From Octopus bimaculoides (lineage: Eukaryota): a stretch of 64,000 nt of DNA. This document shows, in pieces, positions 1-13,034 of this stretch; the first letter of the stretch is position 1; the number at the start of each line of letters is the position of its first letter. The stretch lies in the NCBI RefSeq assembly GCF_001194135.2, contig NC_068982.1, forward strand, positions 18,605,693 to 18,669,692. The letters are read 5' to 3'. The notes beneath the pieces were generated by a model. It had not been told where the DNA came from and ran no database searches. It was given only the letters and a program-made list of their open reading frames with translations. The position numbers and the translations under genes were made by a program.

Positions 1-32
1 TTTTATTTTTGTTATTTACAATAGAAGTGAAT

Positions 33-346
33 ATGATCAAAGACTGCTGGTACTCCATCCCATGTAGTTCTGATAGGATATACAAAGGCGAAGCACGCTG
101 CCCACTCAAAATAAGGGTAGAGGAACATCGTAAAGCAGTAACACGAGGAGATGCTGAAAACTCGGGTATAGATGATCATGCATAAACAGAGACTACTTTC
201 CTCTGTAGGATGAAGTTAAAATAATAGACAGAGAATATCACCGGAAAATACGAAAACTGAAAGAGGCAGCACATATGCTAGGGCACAATAGCCTCCTAAG
301 CAGACCTAGCGCAGATATGAGTAGAATATGGGAAGTGGTATTAAGG
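33..346 (+). mobile_element. Penelope-like element, decayed GIY-YIG endonuclease C-terminal fragment
   Basis: Manual translation gives MIKDCWYSIPCSSDRIYKGEARCPLKIRVEEHRKAVTRGDAENSGIDDHA*, then after a frameshift DEVKIIDREYHRKIRKLKEAAHMLGHNSLLSRPS. This matches the PLE endonuclease pattern YSIPC..YxGET.R.L..R..EH. Confidence 0.8.
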
Positions 347-1833
347 AACGATACAAACATATTAGGTTTATAAAGAGAGAAGAAAAAAGAATACCTCATT
401 TCTAAAATATAGAACAAAATGATGTATTTTAATGCATTTAACTTATTTATTTCCCAATAGGCCATTTGAGTTTCAAAACCCAATATCTAAAATCTGCAGT
501 TGTCATGCGTATCTACGAATTTTCAACATATGTTGAACTAATGCTATTAAATTCATTCGAGATTATTCTCAATTCACGAACGTCATATTATTTTAAAATT
601 AGTTTCTAAAAGACAGTCCACTCAATCTCTAAGCTTTGCTCTCTCTGGGAGTAATAGCAGTTAAATGTATATCAACCTACATTCTAATCTCATTAACAAA
701 AAAAAGAAAAAAATGGGTACTTTGAATAAGATTTCACCCTAATTGTTTCTTTTGTATTGTGCACCCCAAAGTAATATTTGCTGAACTAGATGTAAGACAA
801 ACCGGATTATGCTTCTGAACATAGATGAAGAATCCATCGTTGGTATTGAAATTATGTATCTCATTTCAGCGCAGTATACCAAATACATGATTTGTTGCTA
901 AAATATGTATTGAGATACATTAGTATAGTGAATGTGGCTCTTTTTCAGATCCTATTTTCGTATTCTTCTTCCTAATGCCTATAATTTTTTCAAGTATTAA
1001 AATGTATTGCTTTTTTCACGGAACACAACTAGCTCACAAGTTCGAAAACTAAATATATTTTCATAGGCTTCAAACACATCCAGAAGATAAGAGTACATCT
1101 CACCACTTCCCACCTCCTACATCTCACCACTTCCCACCACTTCCACACATTCAAATATCCAGTGAATTGCAATAAATTCTTTAATGCATTGTAATCAAAT
1201 TGGAATTGAGCAATAAGCTCGGGAATGGCGATTCCTGCGTCTGCTGGGATTAATTCATTCTGTCACTGGTATTCGTGTTCGTGGTTGTAATTCATTTACT
1301 TTCAATACGTAGTTTGTCCCCTATTTTGTCTTGAAATCACCTCATCTAGTTATCTATATTGTTCTTGCCAATGGGATTACCGTCATAACTGACAGTTGCT
1401 TCTGAGGATGCCGGGCGGTGTGCACCCCTTCATCGTCGACGACTCAATGATGGCAGGTTGTTTCTGTTTGGAAGCAATTATTTGCTGGCAGTAAATAATA
1501 AAAAGATTTTACTGTAGAGAAAGGATTATCTAACACCATGTGAAATTACAACCTCGTTATCAAAAGGCTATTCCTTACATTCTGGGCATACGTCATTCAT
1601 TAAATATCTAATTTAGAGCATTTTGTGCGAATGGTAGTTACCCCTTGATTTTTTAATGTTTTAATGTCTTTATTTCGATGTAAGACAAGTCCAGTTGAGT
1701 GCTATTTGAAATTAGAACTTTCGGTGCCGTAATAAGATACCGCATGTGTGATGTAATCATTAAAAAAAGAGAATACCCTAATATTTATTCCAATGCAATA
1801 AGAATCGATCACTGACAGGAACCAGGAACCTAC

Positions 1834-1890
1834 AACTCGACATAGTTGATTGAACTCGACACAGTTGATTGAACTCGACACAGTTGATTG
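1834..1890. repeat. 19-bp tandem repeat, 3 copies (AACTCGACACAGTTGATTG)
   Basis: Copies at 1834-1852 (one mismatch), 1853-1871 and 1872-1890, with no spacers. Confidence 0.95.
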
Positions 1891-4267
1891 TCCGTTATTC
1901 AATCGCCCTCACTGGGATCTTAACTCATTATGTCACAAATGGTTGGAAATTTTCGCAAGACATTTATTTTGGTACACTAACGTCCTTACGAGTTAAACAA
2001 CATTTTTGTTTATTGAATGATTTGCTTTCCAGTTTTTAATTTTTTTTTTTTTTTTTTTTTTGTAATTTGCTCTTTCGATTTTAGAGATCTAAAGATCTGC
2101 AAGCAGGAAAAGTTTTTCCCCGCTCTTAACAGAGCACCGTTTTCTTTAATCCTTTAAATCTAACGTATTCTTTATAGATTTTTCCTTTTCAGACTGCAGT
2201 TTTATAAGAAGACCTACGCAGTCTGTATTGATGTTTTACTCTCTAATGACTGCAGAACGTTTAAGAGAACAGGGAGATGTAATATGCGTCTATGTGTGTG
2301 TTGTGTATATATATGAAAAGATACCCACGCAGTTTGGATTTTGTTTACTGAATACAGCATACAATTAATGAAAACCTAACAACAAAAGGAAAAAAGAAGA
2401 ATAATATAACGCAAAAATTGAAAGGCTTTGATGGATGTTATTTTATTGAAGATTAGTCGATCGAAACCCATAACCTTTCTTCCGTAGTATAGCAAAGAAG
2501 ATGTAAATGCCTGGATTTAATATCTTATTCTTGTGTACATCTAAGAGACGCGAGAGCAGCACTAATTACGTCAGCAAGTCTAATTTCATATCACAAACTT
2601 CTTGCTAACTCCATTAACAACGATTGTTTAGATTTTTTAGTCGTTGACATGTTAAACTGACGCCAACACAGAATAAATTTGACAAAATAATTGAAGCAGT
2701 ACCATTTTGTGTTGCCTCGCGTTTTCATTTTCATTCTTTTATCATGTTAAAATCAATATTAGCTGGTTAAATATTTCAGGAAAGCCAGTTGTAAAATAAT
2801 AGAATTTAGAAATGGTTGTCATGCAATTATTCAATACATTTTTTTCTATGTTTTTCAGAGCGGATTTTTATTTAAACAATCAATCAGTAAATGCATTAGT
2901 GAATACATGAAGCAAATGCAGACACCTAATAATTTTAGTCACATTATAAATTCAATATTGAATACTCTGCCAGTGGTATGGCAAATCTGATACCAATTTA
3001 TCATACTAACGTACTAGATAAGAGCGAAAAGTTAGCCACAATGTAATGGATCGATGCGACTGAAACAATATTGTCCCCAACCTCCCCACCCCCCAAAAAA
3101 CGTCTCTAAGAAAGAGAACAAAAAATAATATAATTTGTCAACCTCTAAATTGAGGGGTGAGGGTCATAGTAAGATTGTGCCTAATCATAAGTCTATTCGA
3201 TTTGGACTCAACTAAGGCGATATCTAAAAATCTTAACAATGCACCGAATTAACGAGCACAAACCATTAGCTTATTGATTCGTATTAAACAACAATTTTAA
3301 TAAAACATGCTACTAAAATTGCAGAGCTCGGTGAAACATCTAATTTTAATCCAGGTCATTAAAACGATTTAAAACACATTTGAACATTGCATGGCCTTAG
3401 TATTACTATCTAATGATTAAACCAATTAAAAATAATGTCCTGCTTTGAAAAGAATCCAGCTGTTAGATACCTTTAAGATTTTCCTTCGAATCTTTGACGT
3501 TTTGTAATTCAATAAGACAGAATTCAATACCCACTGCATAATTCTACGGTCTACCATTACGATATATCCACAATGGGGCTTTTCACAAATATTCTTGTTA
3601 TCGACAGGAAATAAAGCAAAGCTCCGAAAAAATTTAAATATAATGGAATCAAGATATTCATACAAGAGAGTAAAAGTTTGGGATCCTTAGATTTCCGCTC
3701 TTAGTGTTTAATTTACCTGCACCCCAAATTATACCATCTTTGAACCGAATAGCTCAGCTGGTACGTACTCACACTTAGATGAGATGATATATGCTCTCAA
3801 GTTACATGTATTCCTCATATGTCCAATCCTTATATAGAGGCAAATACTGTTACTTGATCCAAATTACTATGTTATACTAAGAGATAATTCTAAATATAGT
3901 TTCCCTACACTAGTATGTCAGTCGCTATTTCTGCGTTTGAAACAGAGTAAGCACTTCGTTCTTATGTTCTTTCCGCGTCCATATCAATGCATCACATGCT
4001 GGTGTAGCCAAAATATCTCTATATAGTGTGACGCGTAAAAACAGGTAACTGCTTGTAGTACAGCAGCAGATAAGACAATTAGACATCAAATGCGTTTGAC
4101 GCCTTACACAGTATCAGGAGGGAAATTTATCATCTTTTTCATAATTTGAGATCCATCATTTTTAGCGTTTGGTTTACTTACATATTCGGAAATTTATATC
4201 ACTGGGTATATGCTGAGTTCTTCTTTATTAAATATTTCGCTCAGATGAACAAAGATAGTACTATTCA

Positions 4268-4273
<6 letters not shown>

Positions 4274-4359
<86 letters not shown>

Positions 4360-4462
4360 ATCTCTCTCTCTCTCTCTCCCTCTCTCTCCATCTCTCTCTT
4401 TCTCCATACACACCGCACACATACACACATATACACGCACACACAAACACACACACACACAC
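4274..4462. repeat. (CT)n followed by (CA)n microsatellite
   Basis: Directly visible. It explains the SL/ER/HT ORFs at 4146-4478. Confidence 0.95.
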
Positions 4463-5661
4463 AGACACACAACTATAGAGCAAATTTACTTTTCATCCTT
4501 TAAGTCAATAAGCAACATACCAATTGTTTGCGGCATTTCATTTTCTCTCTCTCTCTCTCACTCTCTTTCGCTTTCTCTCTGTATTCCTCTCTCTCTCTCT
4601 CCGACGGACTCTGCCTGTGTGTCCTTCTCAACGAAATGTGTATCAATGTGACATGTTTTAAAATGCGCAGAAACTTAGCCGCTATATGAGGTCGGCATCC
4701 ATTCGACTTTATGAAAGACTTGAGTGTGCTAGCAAGAGTATGTGTGTATGTATGTATGTATGTATATATATTTATATATATATATATACATACACACATA
4801 CATACATAATACATACATATATCTATGATTGTGCATGTGTAGAGCGTCTGGAGTATAAAGTCTGTTCGTGTAAGCATATGAAATGTAAAATTAAACAAAT
4901 CCTGCCTATTTTACTGGTGGTGGAAGGCACGATTTCCTCTAATAATTATATCTACTAACGTATAAATAACACTCACGAAATTAAGATGTTCTCATACATT
5001 CCAAGACAGATAAAAGTAGAATAGTTTTTCAAAGTAAATTCATTCTGAACGCTTACATTATATTCAGCGTTTATTTGTTATTGTACTGCTAGATATAACA
5101 GTCAAAACCATCACAAATGACATCATATCGTCTTGACAACAGGATTGACCAGTGCTCCTTAGTCGTCCCGAAAGCAAATATATATTTCACCACCGTTTCG
5201 ATCGATTAAAACTGATTAGGGGCTAAAACCAATGTGAGATTATTGGAGTCCCTACAAAAGCAGGCCGAGAAACCCACCTCCTACATATGTCTTACCGTGC
5301 TGATTATATTTTCCAGAGTTGCTACAATGTATTAATGCGCATAACTATACAAATACATAACACAGTTCACTTAATAACGAAGGTGCTGAACACACCCAAA
5401 AACAACATGGTCTTTTGAAGCGTAAACTTAATAGCACATCAAAGCAATACAATTCCTATGATCTGGTTTGAAGTTCATAATAACAAGCTAAAAATCGATA
5501 ATAAGTAGATATATGAAATAAAAATTCAAAAGCAGGATTTACATTGTAACTTGATGTTGGGGCAGTATTTCAGTGGTCCTCTGTTTCTTTGTGATTTGAC
5601 ATTTGAGTTATACATGAACATATATAGATATATGCGGGCGTGTATCTTTATATGTGTACTT

Positions 5662-5708
<47 letters not shown>

Positions 5709-5808
5709 TGCGTGTATGTGTGTGTGTGTATGTGTGTGTGTGTGAGTATGTATGTACGTATTTACGTTATTATAGTCTGTTATTTTCCTTCCTCGTGCTA
5801 TATTATCG

Positions 5809-5852
<44 letters not shown>

Positions 5853-5969
5853 ATATATATTCTACATAATAAAAAGTTACACACGCAAATATCCATACAC
5901 ATATGTATATATGTATAGGTATATAATATATGTGTGTGTGTATGTGCGTCTTTGCTTATACATAAAATC

Positions 5970-6295
5970 ATAATTGACATTTACAATAAGCCAACGGATT
6001 CGAAACAATATCTTCTGTTTAGCTCATGCTAGCCAAGCACATCAAAAAGAATATCCCCTTTCATTTAGCAAAGAAGATTTTGTCTGATTGAAATACCCGG
6101 GACCTCCGTTTTCAAAACCTCAAAACAACGCCTACTGAGAGACAATATCCACTCTCACTCATAGACGATGGAATCAAGTGTGCCAAGAAATTAGGCAGTA
6201 AATCACTATGGGAAACAAAAGGCAGCACCACACCACATCTCAAAATACTACCACTTATATCAAGGCACCACCGTAGAAACAATAAGACATACAAC
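5970..6295 (+). mobile_element. Penelope-like element, RT thumb/linker fragment (decayed)
   Basis: Translation IIDIYNKPTDSKQYLLFSSC*, then frameshift to KHIKKNIPFHLAKKILSD*NTRDLRFQNLKTTPTERQYPLSLIDDGIKCAKKL...LPLISRHH. This is typical of the PLE post-RT region (YxKPT..YL..S.HP; YP...I). Confidence 0.8.
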
Positions 6296-7087
6296 TATAT
6301 TGTACAAAATTTAGCTATGCTCACTAGGAATTAAAAAATGAGGAGCATTCTAAAAACATTCTATAAAATATAAAAAAAAATATATTAAAATATGTAAACT
6401 GTGTGCATTTCATCTCTTCTATTTTACATGTATATATACGTATGCATATGTATGTTTGTATGTATCTACGTAGGTATGCTTGTGTGAACTTATGCAGTAG
6501 TATTGAAAATTAACTTTAGTATGCTATGGTTTCTTAATCCCCCAAATTATTTTTTTTAACATAAAACGCTTGATATTATTTCATTGAGTATACAATTCAA
6601 AAGTTTCACCAGGAAAATGAATGTGTAATCGTCTACCATTCTAGCAACTATAACAATAGTAATCCAACAAAAATGCCGGCCTTATATTTTCCTCATTTTT
6701 CGGAATGTTGAATGTGATTGCAGACCTGAAAGATAACCAGTAAATAAAGTAATGGAGGAAGTGTGACATATGTAGACATATGTTTCTCTGTTACATTAAA
6801 CGTATACATGACAACAATTGTCTTCTCCAGCAGTCTTAGATATGCAAAAGGGAGATTGCATTTATGGCCAGGGTAATTAGCATATCTTTAAGATAAATAA
6901 GCTCAGAGAAATAACTTACTGAGCAGGTATTTGAACATAGACAAATGAAATCGAATACGACAAAAAAGCTTCATTTATCAAGATTATTTTGAATCAGATA
7001 ATTGTGAAACATCCTGTAGAAATTAAGACTAATAATAGAAAAACCGACTTTGCCACTTACTTGGAGAATGCGAGTATCAGCGAGTGT

Positions 7088-7259
7088 CAGAAATGATCAC
7101 TACGCTAATGTACAGAACTTTACTGTTACAGGAATGGAGAAAAACCTTTCATCCAAACAGAAACTCGCATCAAATCCTAGCCTCCTTTGATGTAAAAGAG
7201 GCTAGGAATTGATGCACGTTAGTGATCATTTCTAGTAATTTTCGTAGTGATCATTTCTG
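7088..7259. mobile_element. MITE-like element: 17-bp perfect inverted repeats around an internal hairpin
   Basis: CAGAAATGATCACTACG (7088-7104) and CGTAGTGATCATTTCTG (7243-7259). An extra partial copy lies at about 7220-7234, and an 18-bp stem hairpin at 7167-7215. Confidence 0.6.
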
Positions 7260-7887
7260 GTAAAGCCATCATACTTGCACAATTCAAAGAAAGTAATTCC
7301 TTTAGTTCTAGCTCTATGCTATATTTGCTGTATACTTTTTTTGTTTATTGAGTAAGCTGTTCTCCATTCCTCCAGTGAAACCTTCAGAACAATGGCGGAT
7401 CAGATGAATAGAACTCAGAGTAATTTTTACAACATCATTAAAACTTGTATAATGACATATTTTGGTTGATGTCATATCTAATAGATATATCTGAAAGACT
7501 CAATTTCTTAGTAGGATTCTATATTGGAGTTTGTATGAAAGTATGTGAAGAAAGAAGGCAGAGCGGTACTAGAATTTTTGAAATCAAAGAAAATTCTAGT
7601 CGTATCATTCAGTAAGTAAGGGATTGAAATTTATGACTTATATTTGTCAATACAATCTGAGTTCTCTAAGTTTCTTGATACTGTGATATGCAATATATTT
7701 GTCTCTGTCATATAAGGCGAATAAGTATTGCTTTGTACCACATTTGGCACGAAGTGTACATTTCAACAACACGTTTTTGCAATAGTTTGTCCTCGGTAGG
7801 ATGTGAAGTTTCTGCACTGTTAATGTAATCATCCCCATTCCAACAAATTTTATCTGCGAACCAGAACAATCTGCATTATATTCATCT

Positions 7888-7932
7888 CCACTTAAACGTC
7901 GATGCTCTGACAGAACATCCACGTTTAAGTGG
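7888..7932. repeat. 45-bp near-perfect palindrome
   Basis: CCACTTAAACGTCGATGCTCTG-A-CAGAACATCCACGTTTAAGTGG forms 22-bp arms with 2 mismatches. Confidence 0.9.
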
Positions 7933-8549
7933 GGCTAAATACCATTTCTTAGTGTAAATAGTTCCTCTGTCGCTAATATATAATCTGATAAATGTTACCT
8001 CAGCAGATATGAGGTCTGTCCTAAGGCTGTGTCATGAACGATTACAACTAATAGTGATTCATAAAATTAATCTACTGTAGTTGCGGGGATATTTTGATGA
8101 CCTCCTGTAAATAAAATGCGCAGGGAATAAGAACTAGTTGTAAAGGAAGACGGTTCTATAACCAACTGCCTAATATGGACAAAAATGTGCATCATTCCCC
8201 ATCAGAATTTCTATAGTGAATATTGATCTTCATTATCAGTCGTTCTGATTTTGTGTTGTGTACTATAATTACTCAGAGACGATCTTCGGATATGTGGAAT
8301 AAATAAACTGTTAGAAAGCTGAGCTGTGTCTCAGAAAGTAAATGTCATATTACCTTGCTATAATTTGAAATTTCGAAAATTATTATTACGAGTTTCTTTC
8401 ATACTGCAAGGCATCCTATGCTTTTTAATCTCGTTGCTGTTATATAACGACTTCCAGTCGCATGAGGCGAATCAGAGTGTTTTAAATATTAACCTGTTTA
8501 ACTTGTACTAAATGTGTTGCGTGCCCTTTTCGTGTGTCCACTTACATGC

Positions 8550-8626
8550 CTCTATCTATCTATCTATCTATATATCTATCTATCTATCTATCTATCTATC
8601 CATCTATCCATCTATCCGTCTATCTT

Positions 8627-8682
<56 letters not shown>

Positions 8683-8715
8683 CCTACCTACCTATCTGTC
8701 TATCTATCTATCTAC
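8550..8715. repeat. (CTAT)n microsatellite
   Basis: Directly visible. It is the source of the SIYL-repeat ORFs. Confidence 0.95.
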
Positions 8716-8812
8716 ATACACATATATATAATTGCATATATACACATACATACGTACATATGTATTTCTCCCATACCTAACACCGCAAATATTTTTCTTT
8801 TCCTCACAGACA

Positions 8813-8854
<42 letters not shown>

Positions 8855-9412
8855 CGCACGCAGGTGCATTCTCACATAGCCGCACCCACCTTAAGTTGAC
8901 CGCGGGTGAACCTCCGTGCTTGAAACAAATATTTCTGTCAACGTATACCCAAATCAAACACACTTCATTTCATAATATCCATCTTTCTTCAAAGAGCTAC
9001 AAACCTTGTATATATACGACTCTAAATGCTATCGCCAATATACCAGATATAATTTTTTTATTTCTGACATCATTTCTGAGAAACAAATAGTTTTTCTTAA
9101 GGGAATATAATATATAACTCTTGGTATCGGTAACAGCTGATTCCAGCTTTCATCTACTTACCATTCCCAAGAGCTACTCTAATGGATTTCAACCCTTAAA
9201 TATATACAGGAAGCCATATAAATTATAGCAGCTCTAATATCAGTAATCTTGCCATAAATTATGAAACTTGTAAATCAGGAACCAACCTTTTAAACTGAAA
9301 CCATTCTATGTGCTCCTAACATTCCATACCTGCACACTCACACACATTCAGTCACTCGCGCACAGAAACACACACACACACATATATATATACATGTGTA
9401 ATTATATATGTG

Positions 9413-9450
<38 letters not shown>

Positions 9451-10306
9451 NNNNNNNNNNNNNNNNNNNNNNNNNNNNNNNNNNNNNNNNNNNNNNNNNN
9501 NNNNNNNNNNNNNNNNNNNNNNNNNNNNNNNNNNNNNNNNNNNNNNNNNNNNNNNNNNNNNNNNNNNNNNNNNNNNNNNNNNNNNNNNNNNNNNNNNNNN
9601 NNNNNNNNNNNNNNNNNNNNNNNNNNNNNNNNNNNNNNNNNNNNNNNNNNNNNNNNNNNNNNNNNNNNNNNNNNNNNNNNNNNNNNNNNNNNNNNNNNNN
9701 NNNNNNNNNNNNNNNNNNNNNNNNNNNNNNNNNNNNNNNNNNNNNNNNNNNNNNNNNNNNNNNNNNNNNNNNNNNNNNNNNNNNNNNNNNNNNNNNNNNN
9801 NNNNNNNNNNNNNNNNNNNNNNNNNNNNNNNNNNNNNNNNNNNNNNNNNNNNNNNNNNNNNNNNNNNNNNNNNNNNNNNNNNNNNNNNNNNNNNNNNNNN
9901 NNNNNNNNNNNNNNNNNNNNNNNNNNNNNNNNNNNNNNNNNNNNNNNNNNNNNNNNNNNNNNNNNNNNNNNNNNNNNNNNNNNNNNNNNNNNNNNNNNNN
10001 NNNNNNNNNNNNNNNNNNNNNNNNNNNNNNNNNNNNNNNNNNNNNNNNNNNNNNNNNNNNNNNNNNNNNNNNNNNNNNNNNNNNNNNNNNNNNNNNNNNN
10101 NNNNNNNNNNNNNNNNNNNNNNNNNNNNNNNNNNNNNNNNNNNNNNNNNNNNNNNNNNNNNNNNNNNNNNNNNNNNNNNNNNNNNNNNNNNNNNNNNNNN
10201 NNNNNNNNNNNNNNNNNNNNNNNNNNNNNNNNNNNNNNNNNNNNNNNNNNNNNNNNNNNNNNNNNNNNNNNNNNNNNNNNNNNNNNNNNNNNNNNNNNNN
10301 NNNNNN
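9451..10306. other. Assembly gap (largest of many N runs, e.g. 24453-25172, 50287-51020, 52048-52570, 61404-61970)
   Basis: N runs, mostly bordered by microsatellites. Confidence 1.
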
Positions 10307-11059
10307 ATATATATGTATAAAATTCGTTAATGGTAAATTTAGGTGTATGAAAAAATAAAAGACCTATTTCATTATGACGGTTACTGCCTACCGATATGAT
10401 GTAGGATAAATATAATAATAGCAAGAATTCTAGGATAGAATTTTATAAATATTTAATACATCACTACCCACATTTCCGCAAATCTCACGATTTTAAAAGC
10501 AGAGTACGTCATCATCATTGATTCATTTCATCCAGCGATCCTGCATCATTGGGTGAATCACAGAGGGATGTTTATCCCTTCTTGCCAGCATCAAAGCCAA
10601 TCTAGCTATATTTCTGTATGTACTTAGTAGGGGGAGGTAGGTGATGGGAATCGTGGAAGGAACGGTAGTAATATGGGTGTGTGTGTGGTGCTTTTGTCTC
10701 ATTTGCAATTCATTCTGTGGATTTTGAGGTTGGTCATTCATTCAGCAGATTTAAGGATCGTAGTACATTTATATGTTTATTTCATTCAATACGTGATTCT
10801 CCTCAATAAATTCTGAACTCAACAGGTGGTCAGCTGCTATACAATGGCGTTTGTTGACCGACTTGATTAATACCACCCTTCGTATAGTGACTTATTCAAT
10901 GTTTCTGCTGTTATAGTGTGTATCATCTTAAAAATTGATATTTTCGTTTATATGTTTTGGTTGTTTCACTGTTCTGTAATTTGTTACTTTTTTTCAAAAT
11001 TTTGTTTTTTTCAAATTCCATGAATGTTCCTATGCTTACATAATATGACCATCTCACGT

Positions 11060-11310
11060 TTTCCCTGGATGTGATTATTTCCAGGATTTCTTTAAGGCAT
11101 ATTCATGAGGCTCTGTTATATGGTGCAGCATTTTTTATAATGCACCAATGGGTTCTGTATTCAACTCTTTTCTGTTTTAGCTTCCAGTGAGGTTCGACAC
11201 ATATGCGGAGTATATTTAATTTATAATGGAAAACGATGAGAGATGGTTTCTCAGACGATTTTTCATGGTATCTGCAGTACTACCAATATACACATATTTC
11301 TGCGTAGTGA
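11060..11310 (-). mobile_element. Penelope-like element, GIY-YIG endonuclease fragment of a second family
   Basis: Minus-strand translation TTQKYVYIGSTADTMKNRLRNHLSSF, then frameshift to WKLKQKRVEYRTHWCIIKNAAPYNRAS*ICLKEILEIIT. This matches the PLE pattern YIG.T...K.R..NH..SF / W..K....W.I...A.PY....C.LC.KE. Confidence 0.75.
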
Positions 11311-11582
11311 GAAATCTATATTAATGTGTCCTACTTCTTAAAATTTCATGTATTTATGTGTGCAGCTGAAGATGACACTACATTTAAATTGATGTAATGA
11401 TTGCGTTGTTCAAATAGATGGGGTCGCTTGAAACAATCGTATAGCATCACTACTTGATATCCTGTTCCTTATTTTGATTATATTCACCTTACTTCGAGCT
11501 GTGTGGATAATACCTGACTGACTTTGTGCTTCAAATTAAATACCTAATCCAACTCAATCTCAATTATTTCTTATATGGTTCT

Positions 11583-12303
11583 AGGTAAATTCCACCTCTG
11601 GAAGTTCCACTACGGAAAATTCTACCAGATAAATTTCTCCATGGGTAAATTCCACCACAGTATTTTCCACCATGTTAAATTCCACCCATCGACAGAGGTT
11701 ATTGCAATTTCGATTATTATTGCTTCTTTTCTTTCGTGGTCAGACATTGTAATATCGGTTTTTTTGTTTTCTATATGGTTTGGCGTTATTACTGGTCTAT
11801 CTAACTAAAATATTAACCTTTTCACTTGTTACCTTTTCTAGTTGCACATTTCTGATTTACTGGGTTTTTTTTCTTTTTGGTATGTTCTGTTGCTGTACTA
11901 GGTTCGCAAAGATTATCTTGGTTATCTCATCGTGTCTCTCTTGATATTTCATGCGTGCTATTTTCCCACATTCTATTTCCATACGTTCGATATTTCCTTT
12001 GTTCTTTTTTTTACGATATCTGCATGCCTTATTTCTTCCATAGTAGTTGTTTCTATCTTGTAAATGCTGTATAATATATTTTTATCTCTCATTAAGTATT
12101 TGCTTTGTTTTATGAATTTCAATGAGTCTCTTTTTGATACTGCTTCCTCATCTTGCAGTTTAAAGTATTCACCGTGAATTTCTTTATTTCTTTAATATTT
12201 TCTCTCTCTCGTAATCTTTGTATTCATTGATATTATTGATATTATTTTTATGCATTCTTTTTTATTTCCATAATGTCGTAACCCATATAATTATAATGAC
12301 AAA

Positions 12304-12399
<96 letters not shown>

Positions 12400-12497
12400 T
12401 TCACCTTGGTGAAATTTAACATGGTAGAATTTACCTATAATGAAATTTTCCTGGTGGCATTTCCGTGGTAGAATTTACCGCAGTGGAATTCACCAGT
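11583..12497. mobile_element. Non-autonomous DNA transposon with ~100-bp TIRs built of ~15-bp subrepeats (possibly Mutator-like)
   Basis: The left arm (11583-11687) has about 7 GGTAAATTCCACCA-like units and the right arm (12406-12497) has the inverted units. The interior has decayed coding-like sequence on the minus strand (RKYRTYGNRMWE...ISRE) and an (AAT)n tract at about 12303-12398. The superfamily is an inference. Confidence 0.6.
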
Positions 12498-12579
12498 CAC
12501 CTCTTATATATACAAGCATACACACACACACATACACACAGACATATACATATAGTAAATCCCCCCAAAAAAAGAACCA

Positions 12580-12715
12580 AAAAAACAACAACAACAACAA
12601 CGCGAGGACGTGGTACATGTCATGTATTAACAGACGCTCAGGAATGGAAAGTAAGATGGTTTAACGTTTCAAGCAGAGAAGAGGGAGAAAAAAAAATCGC
12701 CAACGAATCAAATGT
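12580..12715 (-). repeat. Decayed PLE-terminal-repeat-like interspersed repeat, same family as 53620-53830
   Basis: Shares CGTGGTACAT...AGAC.CTCA.GGAA.GAAAG.AAG.T.GTTT.ACGTTTC.AGC with 53678-53745. The hammerhead core is deleted in this copy. Confidence 0.6.
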
Positions 12716-13034
12716 GGTTATGTGTGAGTGTGTGTGTTTGTGTACATGTAAATGTCGAACGATGAAAATGAGTACTCAACACCGCATTCTTAGATATAAT
12801 TTCTTTATTTGTTAATTAAGGCTACTATTGTTTTCATTTTAAGAAATGTAGGAAAATATCTTAATATCTTAACAATGTTTCAACCTGATGACAAGTAGTG
12901 GTCATTCTTCTTATTAATTGTTATATATATATATNNNNNNNNNNNNNNNNNNNNNNNNNNNNNNNNNNNNNNNNNNNNNNNNNNNNNNNNNNNNNNNNNN
13001 NNNNNNNNNNNNNNNNNNNNNNNNNNNNNNNNNN

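Noticed and set aside
948-1030. Possible exon after TTTTTCAG reading DPIFVFFFLMPIIFSS, faintly like a Na+/H+ exchanger segment
   Set aside because: Too short and low-complexity, with no good donor site and no supporting exons.
1834-1890. 19-bp repeats as a possible CRISPR array
   Set aside because: No spacers, no cas genes, and the context is eukaryotic.
11364-11435. CTGAAGATGAC...GCTTGAAACAATCGTA hammerhead-like motif next to a PLE endonuclease
   Set aside because: Stems I and II do not pair convincingly. At best it is a decayed relic.
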